A stretch of 64,000 bases of DNA from an uncultured Candidatus Sumerlaeota bacterium (GTDB lineage: Bacteria; Sumerlaeota; Sumerlaeia; SLMS01). This document shows positions 57,986-64,000 of the stretch, one piece after another. Under the pieces are notes generated by a model that was not told the DNA's origin, searched no databases, and saw only the letters and a program-made list of their open reading frames with translations. Every line of letters starts with the position of its first letter. Positions within the stretch are counted from its first letter, which is position 1. The stretch is from contig CAYTGM010000013.1 of the NCBI GenBank assembly GCA_964437365.1, positions 22,815 to 86,814 on the forward strand, written 5' to 3'. The position numbers and the translations under genes were made by a program.

Positions 57986-59424
57986 GCTTCTTTCGCTTCC
58001 TGCCTTGTGTTAATCGGCGCTTTCTTTGTCGTCTCAAACTCGTATATATTGTGAGCACGATTAGAGAAATCTCGCATCATCTGCTGCCAGCATGCATATG
58101 ACCAGGCGATAAGAATGACCTGGGGAGCGAGAAAGACGAAAACGCTTCCCTCGTCCGATGCAGATTGTATCAAAGAGTAGAATCCCAGGCCGATCGCCAG
58201 CAGTTCCATTCCAAGGAGTTCGAGAAAGACCCGAAGTTCGCCCATACCGACCGATTTGTAGGTCATCGAACTCTTCATTTGTGGGCCAGCGAGGAAGACT
58301 GTTATAAGAACCCACACAATCGGTAATATGAACAATGAACCAAATGCACCTCCGTATGAATTTATAAATAAAGGGTTAAGCCCGGTCTGGAGAGAAAACG
58401 ACCAATCAATATTAGGATGAAAGATTAGAAAGATAGCTTGCAGGGAAACTACGATAATCATTGTACATACTAAAGGTGCTAATCCCTTTTTCAGAATCGA
58501 AATCAGGATTTCTGGAGAACGCAGCGGCGTAAGCAGCAACTCTGATAAGATGCCCGTAGTCAGCAGCTTTCTCAATCCCCGGCCGTAGTCTATCCCAACT
58601 AGAACAATTGATATCCACCCTGTAAGTAATGGTAAGCCATACAATACAAGAAGCATACGCATCTGATTCGACATATTCACCATCCATAGCGTTGCTGATG
58701 AAAGTACGATCACCAAGGGCATAATGGCGAACCAGTATGATGAGCGAGGAACAACCTTTTTCAGATGAAGAAGGAAATCCCGATCTAGGTTAGAAGATCG
58801 ATTGATTCCTCGAAGCACTTCATCCCGAATTCCACACGCTGCTAGTCCTTGTTTCCAGTGTGACTCGATCGTCAGCCCCCAGCAAACCATGGCGCAGACT
58901 TTAATGAGAACGCCAAAAGCATCAACTCTGGCCCAGTTCTCAAAACTAGCTTCGTGCTGAATCAATCTCAAGGCAACTTCGAGAACAAGAAAGGAAACAA
59001 GAAATCTCGTTTGGGAAACACATGCCAGTCTTGCAAGATTTCCAATACCAACATTGAGAACAATCGATCCAAGAGCAACAGCCAACGATGAATAGACAAA
59101 GTAGTCCCCGGGATTGTTTTGATACGATTCCCAGAACGAAAGTGCTCCGAGGACAAAAAGCGGGATGGCTTCTTTTCTCAAAAGTGTGAAAGTTCTCATC
59201 ATCGCTTCTGTTAGAACTCGAGGACCATCTTCATCATGTTCAGGAACCTGTTCGTTCATGACACGGATGAAGAGTATGAATCCATAGATTGAGATGGGGA
59301 AAAAGAACCAGTCCACTGAACGGAGATTCACTCCCGGTAAAAGCAGAACCAAGACCGCATAGACAATGAGTGCGAAAAAGGCTCCTCTTTGAAAAATGAA
59401 ATCGAGGCTTCTACTCTTCATCAT
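57982..59424 (-). CDS. Polytopic membrane protein with ABC-2 permease-like motif
   Basis: Many TM segments; ELLLTPLRSPEIL. Confidence 0.6.
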   Translation of the reverse strand: MMKSRSLDFIFQRGAFFALIVYAVLVLLLPGVNLRSVDWFFFPISIYGFILFIRVMNEQVPEHDEDGPRVLTEAMMRTFTLLRKEAIPLFVLGALSFWESYQNNPGDYFVYSSLAVALGSIVLNVGIGNLARLACVSQTRFLVSFLVLEVALRLIQHEASFENWARVDAFGVLIKVCAMVCWGLTIESHWKQGLAACGIRDEVLRGINRSSNLDRDFLLHLKKVVPRSSYWFAIMPLVIVLSSATLWMVNMSNQMRMLLVLYGLPLLTGWISIVLVGIDYGRGLRKLLTTGILSELLLTPLRSPEILISILKKGLAPLVCTMIIVVSLQAIFLIFHPNIDWSFSLQTGLNPLFINSYGGAFGSLFILPIVWVLITVFLAGPQMKSSMTYKSVGMGELRVFLELLGMELLAIGLGFYSLIQSASDEGSVFVFLAPQVILIAWSYACWQQMMRDFSNRAHNIYEFETTKKAPINTRQEAKEA

Positions 59425-61600
59425 CCACCTCATCTTCGGCTGGTGATACTTCTTCTGGATACCATAAGAGCGGAGAGCCGTCGTATAGGTTAATTCTAAA
59501 GGGGGTTTGAGGGCCTTTTCTCATGATCTCAAATCCACGGCCACTTGGATTGGAGATCGCAGTTAAAAGGTCTGTCATGACGGTCGCTGTCATTGGATGA
59601 ATCGTTGATTTTCCGAAACTCCGAGTAAACTCAAGAAGCTCTTCACTATCCTTGGGAGGACGTCGATTATGTTGCAGAAAGTAGACAAATCGAAGCGTAT
59701 CTCTTTGTAAGAGATAATCGGGATAGGTCGCATTCCAATGAGCTTCATAATTGTCATTTTCTCGGTCACTCTCAAGGAGAACAATCCAATTGGGTCGCTG
59801 GGGACCTTTCATATAAAGTGAAGGAGGATTCTCAAATTTAGAAAGGTCTGGCAAAGATCTGTAAAACGCTTCGATCTGTTCTAAAGGTTGGGATTCGTTC
59901 TTCAGTTGAACGATATAATAGCTGAGAAGACTATTACTCGTGGAGATGATTCCATAGTTTGGAATGGCCTCATCTCCTGAAAACAGTTGGGCTAATCTAT
60001 AATCAAACTCGAATGCTTCTGATATATACTTCGCAGCGCCAACGAAATCATTTTTTGCAATCAAATGAGTAGCCTTTACTTGAAAAGGATTCGTAAGGCG
60101 GCTCTTAAACAACCATTCAGTTGGATATCTTTCATCTGTATATTTCCTGAGACTGTAAATTCTCGTGTTTTCAGGAAGTCCGGAGAATAGCTGTCTGTTT
60201 TTTTCGATTTCGCCATCGAGTACCTCGATAACTTCGTCAGAAATCTCATCTATGAAAACCTGCCCTGCACCGTTCCATCTCAATGTATTTACATTGTCAG
60301 ACCTGTTTCTTTGGGCTGAAGAATAGGCGACATTAACCAATGCCTGTATTGCCGCTTCTGCCTCTTGTGAATTTGCCTTTCTCACTTCAGTTTTGCCTCT
60401 TGAGTATCCATCAGACTTTAGGCTGTAACACGCAAAAATGATTGCATTAAGGTTGAGGGAAATGAAAGAAAAGAGAATAAATACTAGAACAATCAGACGG
60501 GATACGTTGGTTGACTCAGGGAAGATCCTTTGTTTCAGAGCATAGAAAGAAACAAGAATTAGACTGACAATGACAGGAATACAATAAAAGGGCTGAAGTG
60601 GTGTTGGGCTCAAGCCTGGTGATTGTGCAGTTCCCCAGTACCTTCGAGAATCGATATTGGGAATATCTCCTGGAATCAGAAATGAATTTGCCACTTGGGG
60701 AAGAGCTATAAGTGGAAGAAGCAGAAAAATGAGAATAAGTACCACACCCCAAATCCGCAAATTTCGCAGGGTTAGAAGAAATCCACCAAGCAAAACGCCT
60801 ACAGGCAATGCAACAATAGAGCTATAGAGCTGTATATCGCGGAATTCGTTTAGGATAGAATTGTGGCTGATCCGTCCCGTATGCCCAAGCATTTCTCCAC
60901 TGTAAACAGGAACAGAAAAAACCAACACAAAGCGCTCAATGGTTCCGAATATACCGAACAACGCGACCAGAAAGTACTCTCCGAAAAGAGTTTGCCTGAT
61001 CGTCCAATTCGATAACAAAATGAAACACCCGGCAAGCAACCACATAACACGGACGAATCCGAAACTCTTGAATTCATCCCGCGAGTTAAGAAGTGCTCCC
61101 AGGTGAAGAAGCATAACGGCAAGGGGAAGCTCCAGCAACATGAGCGAATGCCTGAAGATCCACGAGTAGATAGCTATGCACAGAATGAGAAGAGGGATAT
61201 GTTTTGGGTACTCGACTCCCCCCTTGGGAAGGCACACGGAAAGTAGCCAAAAGGAAAGAAGGGAAAAAGCCAGAGTCAATTGACTGCCTTCGAAAAGCAA
61301 ATTCAAAGTAAATATAGTGAGAAAGGGGAAGATAAGTACAAATGGCCAAAAAACGGAGTTTAAGAAAGCCCCTCTTAATCGACCGTGTATCGTGATTGCC
61401 AGAAACGGCAAAAGGATAAGCAGCTGGGAAACTCGAATTATAGACCCAATGCCTTGAAGGGTTTCTTGACTGTTAGTAGAAGGTTGAAAGATGGATAGCC
61501 AGAGGCATGCGCTGACAGCAATCGTCGCATGCGAGATCAACCAGACCTTTTGAGTTTGCGTATACTCAAGTTCACCCTGTTCCTCCAGAAGAGGTTTCAA
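59411..61600 (-). CDS. Polytopic membrane protein with C-terminal soluble domain
   Basis: TTG start after GGAGG; N-terminal ~390 aa hydrophobic, remainder hydrophilic. Confidence 0.7.
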   Translation of the reverse strand: MKPLLEEQGELEYTQTQKVWLISHATIAVSACLWLSIFQPSTNSQETLQGIGSIIRVSQLLILLPFLAITIHGRLRGAFLNSVFWPFVLIFPFLTIFTLNLLFEGSQLTLAFSLLSFWLLSVCLPKGGVEYPKHIPLLILCIAIYSWIFRHSLMLLELPLAVMLLHLGALLNSRDEFKSFGFVRVMWLLAGCFILLSNWTIRQTLFGEYFLVALFGIFGTIERFVLVFSVPVYSGEMLGHTGRISHNSILNEFRDIQLYSSIVALPVGVLLGGFLLTLRNLRIWGVVLILIFLLLPLIALPQVANSFLIPGDIPNIDSRRYWGTAQSPGLSPTPLQPFYCIPVIVSLILVSFYALKQRIFPESTNVSRLIVLVFILFSFISLNLNAIIFACYSLKSDGYSRGKTEVRKANSQEAEAAIQALVNVAYSSAQRNRSDNVNTLRWNGAGQVFIDEISDEVIEVLDGEIEKNRQLFSGLPENTRIYSLRKYTDERYPTEWLFKSRLTNPFQVKATHLIAKNDFVGAAKYISEAFEFDYRLAQLFSGDEAIPNYGIISTSNSLLSYYIVQLKNESQPLEQIEAFYRSLPDLSKFENPPSLYMKGPQRPNWIVLLESDRENDNYEAHWNATYPDYLLQRDTLRFVYFLQHNRRPPKDSEELLEFTRSFGKSTIHPMTATVMTDLLTAISNPSGRGFEIMRKGPQTPFRINLYDGSPLLWYPEEVSPAEDEVDDEE

Positions 61601-61633
61601 TATCTGCCTCCGTTATCGATCAACTGCCCAGAC

Positions 61634-62029
61634 TCACCCTTTTTTCGTTGCTGACTTCTTCATCATTTTCTTGAGAGCTTTATTCTCGCGATCCAGCTTT
61701 TCAAGCCGCCGAAGTGTAATTTCCAGCACGCGCCTCACGACTCGAAACTTTCTGATGAGGTACTCAAAGCAGATGAGTGTGATAATCAGGAAGCCTCCCC
61801 CCCACAAAAGCCAGATGTAATAGATATGGTCTTCCTCCTGAGGAAGGGCGAAGACCATCGTCAGGGCTAAACCAAGACCGAATGTAAAGAGCGTTGCCAG
61901 TAACGTCAGATCATAGAATCGAGGAACGAGAGTTTCCTTCAGCTTACTCTCTTCCCTGATTTCGCTCAAGCGTATTGAAAGATCAATTTCCTTGGCAATC
62001 TTATCGGGATCTTTATCTACGGGCGTCAT
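61634..62029 (-). CDS. Two-TM protein with C-terminal coiled coil
   Basis: Two hydrophobic helices followed by RRLEKLDRENKALKK. Confidence 0.7.
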   Translation of the reverse strand: MTPVDKDPDKIAKEIDLSIRLSEIREESKLKETLVPRFYDLTLLATLFTFGLGLALTMVFALPQEEDHIYYIWLLWGGGFLIITLICFEYLIRKFRVVRRVLEITLRRLEKLDRENKALKKMMKKSATKKG

Positions 62030-62040
62030 TGGTGTCTATA

Positions 62041-63156
62041 CTAGGCTCCTACTTTAAATTTCTCTGCGAGCTTACCCAGAACTTCAACTCCCTGCTGGAG
62101 CTTTTCCATATTCGTCGCAAAGCTGATGCGGAAGTGTGTCTTCTTTTCACTGAAAACACTTCCGGGAACAATGATCAGATTTTCCTTCACCGCTTCTTCG
62201 ATAAACTTGTTCCCATCTCCGTTTGGCGCTTCGGGGAAAATATAAAAGGCACCGCCGGGTTTCTGGACATTATATCCTGCATCAACAAGTCCCTGGTAGA
62301 TCAAGTCACGACGTTTCGTGAACTCTTCCCGGTGAGGAGTCGTGTCATACTCAAGGGCTGTCAGTGCTGCTTCCTGAGCCATTGAAGGGCTACAGACGAA
62401 TGTATATTGCTGGAATTCCGTACATGCTTGAACAACATCTGAAGGCCCAGCCACCCACCCGACACGCCAGCCGGTCATGGCAACAGACTTTGAAAAACCA
62501 TTAATAACGATAGTTTTGTCGTAGAACTCGGCTGGAGAAGAAAGCTTTCCTTCGAAGCAGAAGTCCTCGTAGATTTCGTCAGAGATGAGCCAGAGATCAT
62601 GCTTCTTTGCAAACTCTGCCAGCATCTTGCATTCTTCAGGAGTATAGACAATCCCTGTTGGATTTGATGGGGAGTTCACAACAAGAACACGGGTCTTATC
62701 GGTCAGACAGGCATTCAGGCGCTCTTCCGTCAATCGAAAGTCTGGGTAGGTGTCGACAAAGACAGGTTTGGCTCCAACCATGTTGACCAAGTGCTTATAC
62801 ATCACGAAATAAGGGTCCGCGGCGAGCACCTCTTCACCGGGATCAAGCAGAACATTGAAGAGTAGTACAAGCGCACCAGAAGTCCCTGAGGAGATCATCA
62901 CATCTTCCACGTTAATACCGCGATCGTGGTAGCGTTTCTTTACGGCTTCACGGAGCGGCGGAATACCAGCGGAGAGAGTGTAACGGTTCTTGCCTCCCTG
63001 GATAGCCGTGATCGCTCCACCTTTCACAACTTCCGGAACATCATAGTCAGGAAGACCAATGCTTAGGTTGATGGGATCTTTCAGTTTTGCAGCGAGATCA
63101 AAAGCTTTTCTAATGCCTGAGGAATCAATGAGATAACGACGGTCTGCGAGCTTCAT
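62041..63156 (-). CDS. PLP-dependent aminotransferase class I/II
   Basis: INLSIGLPD, NSPSNPTG, ISDEIY, GFSKSVAMTGWRVG, PGGAFY. Confidence 0.94.
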   Translation of the reverse strand: MKLADRRYLIDSSGIRKAFDLAAKLKDPINLSIGLPDYDVPEVVKGGAITAIQGGKNRYTLSAGIPPLREAVKKRYHDRGINVEDVMISSGTSGALVLLFNVLLDPGEEVLAADPYFVMYKHLVNMVGAKPVFVDTYPDFRLTEERLNACLTDKTRVLVVNSPSNPTGIVYTPEECKMLAEFAKKHDLWLISDEIYEDFCFEGKLSSPAEFYDKTIVINGFSKSVAMTGWRVGWVAGPSDVVQACTEFQQYTFVCSPSMAQEAALTALEYDTTPHREEFTKRRDLIYQGLVDAGYNVQKPGGAFYIFPEAPNGDGNKFIEEAVKENLIIVPGSVFSEKKTHFRISFATNMEKLQQGVEVLGKLAEKFKVGA

Positions 63157-63317
63157 AGGAACCTTTCCAGAGGGACGATTTTTGTAGAGAAAAGCTTATT
63201 AAGATAGGGACAGGCAAGGGAGAATCTCTCTCAGGCTCCTGAGAAAATGTGATTGGTGCGCTAATAGAGAGACATGGGGACGCATCGTAGGCTCACCCGT
63301 GTTCAAATCATCCTCGC

Positions 63318-63392
63318 AGCATGCTGAGACCAGTGTCAGTCGATGGCGATGGTCTGAGCATCGAGCGAGCATGGTCCGAGCATGGTCTGAGG
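63318..63392. repeat. Second copy of the 11-bp-unit intergenic element
   Basis: GCTGAGACCA ... TGGTCTGAGC inverted pair; CGATGGTCTGAGCAT identical to 11951-11965; units GAGCATCGAGC/GAGCATGGTCC/GAGCATGGTCT. Confidence 0.7.
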
Positions 63393-63539
63393 TCCGGTTT
63401 TGAGGCAGAATCAGGAACCATGGACTTCTCCCCCACCAGATCTTCCCTAACATCAATAAAATCATTGCTTGAGAACCACGATCTATGAATGATCCACGAC
63501 ACAAGTCGCACTATTTCATTTTTTCAGGAGTTCTCTCAT

Positions 63540-64000
63540 ATGGAAAACGTGAACAATAAGCGCCGGGGGTTTCTCGGCCTCTTCACAAAGAAAGGCTTCA
63601 GCTATGTGCTGGCCGGATCAGTTCTTTTCTCTTCGATGGTTGGCTGCTACGGGCGCTTCCCGATCACCAACGCGATTTATGACTGGAATGGAGACGTGAC
63701 AGACAATCACATTATTAATTCCGTGATCATGGTCGTTCTCGCAATCATTCCTGTTTATGGTCTGGCAATCTTTGTCGATGCACTGATCATCAATTCCATC
63801 GAATTCTGGTCAGGAGATGATGTTGAGCTGTCACAGACGCATATCCAGGAAGATGGCACTGTCGTTACATTCGCTCCCGGGGAAAACCCAGGCGAAGCGA
63901 TCCTGACGATGGAAAAGAATGGTTCCACGCTCCTGAAGCGTTATTACTATCGCCTCGACAACGGCAACACAGAGATCTATACGGAAGAGATGGAACTGGT
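63540..64000 (+). CDS. DUF3332-like protein (partial, runs off the right edge; absent from the ORF track)
   Basis: ATG 63540 after AGGAG; MVGCYGRFPITNAIYDWNGDV...IPVYGLAIFVDALIINSIEFWSG. Confidence 0.82.
   Translation, partial: MENVNNKRRGFLGLFTKKGFSYVLAGSVLFSSMVGCYGRFPITNAIYDWNGDVTDNHIINSVIMVVLAIIPVYGLAIFVDALIINSIEFWSGDDVELSQTHIQEDGTVVTFAPGENPGEAILTMEKNGSTLLKRYYYRLDNGNTEIYTEEMEL

Noticed and set aside
63199-63511. Short ORFs spanning the repeat element
   Set aside because: They look like translations of the repeat (DHARTMLARCSDH / DHARSMLRPS) and lack RBS support.

Overview
A 64 kb bacterial chromosomal window. The two prepilin-like N-termini (AFTLIELL..AILAAIA.., one continuing PNFLEAQTRSKVSRMKADMRS) and the overall gene style suggest Ca. 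Sumerlaeota/BRC1 or a related PVC-like lineage; this is inference, not a database result. (1) 1-20.3 kb is a divergently arranged glycan/amide catabolic locus: LacI regulator, two Gfo/Idh/MocA oxidoreductases, three nitrilase-superfamily hydrolases (two exported), a creatininase-family amidase, a polysaccharide deacetylase, and large secreted GH101/GH129-like and GH42-like proteins that share a repeated accessory module. (2) 20.3-36.4 kb is mostly housekeeping: nadK, rne, PilT/PilU ATPase, BadF-type kinase, glycosyltransferase, PPIase, leuA with a complete Leu (CUG) T-box, and a ThiO-like oxidase that lacks a canonical start codon. (3) 36.4-41.5 kb is a cobalamin riboswitch heading an operon for a secreted propeller-like protein, a prepilin-like protein and a BtuFCD-type ABC transporter, with no TonB-dependent receptor in the operon. 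(4) 42.7-44.1 kb is a Y1/HUH transposase flanked by composite REP/REPIN-like elements. (5) 46.4-55.6 kb is a co-directional cluster: TIM-barrel isomerase, aldo/keto reductase, Tat Gfo oxidoreductase, 7-heme cytochrome c, His-containing membrane protein, discoidin-like protein, PMT-like glycosyltransferase and ApbE, followed by galTK. (6) The remainder holds membrane proteins, an aminotransferase and a DUF3332-like protein. No rRNA, tRNA or CRISPR array was found. Product calls come from motif recognition by eye.
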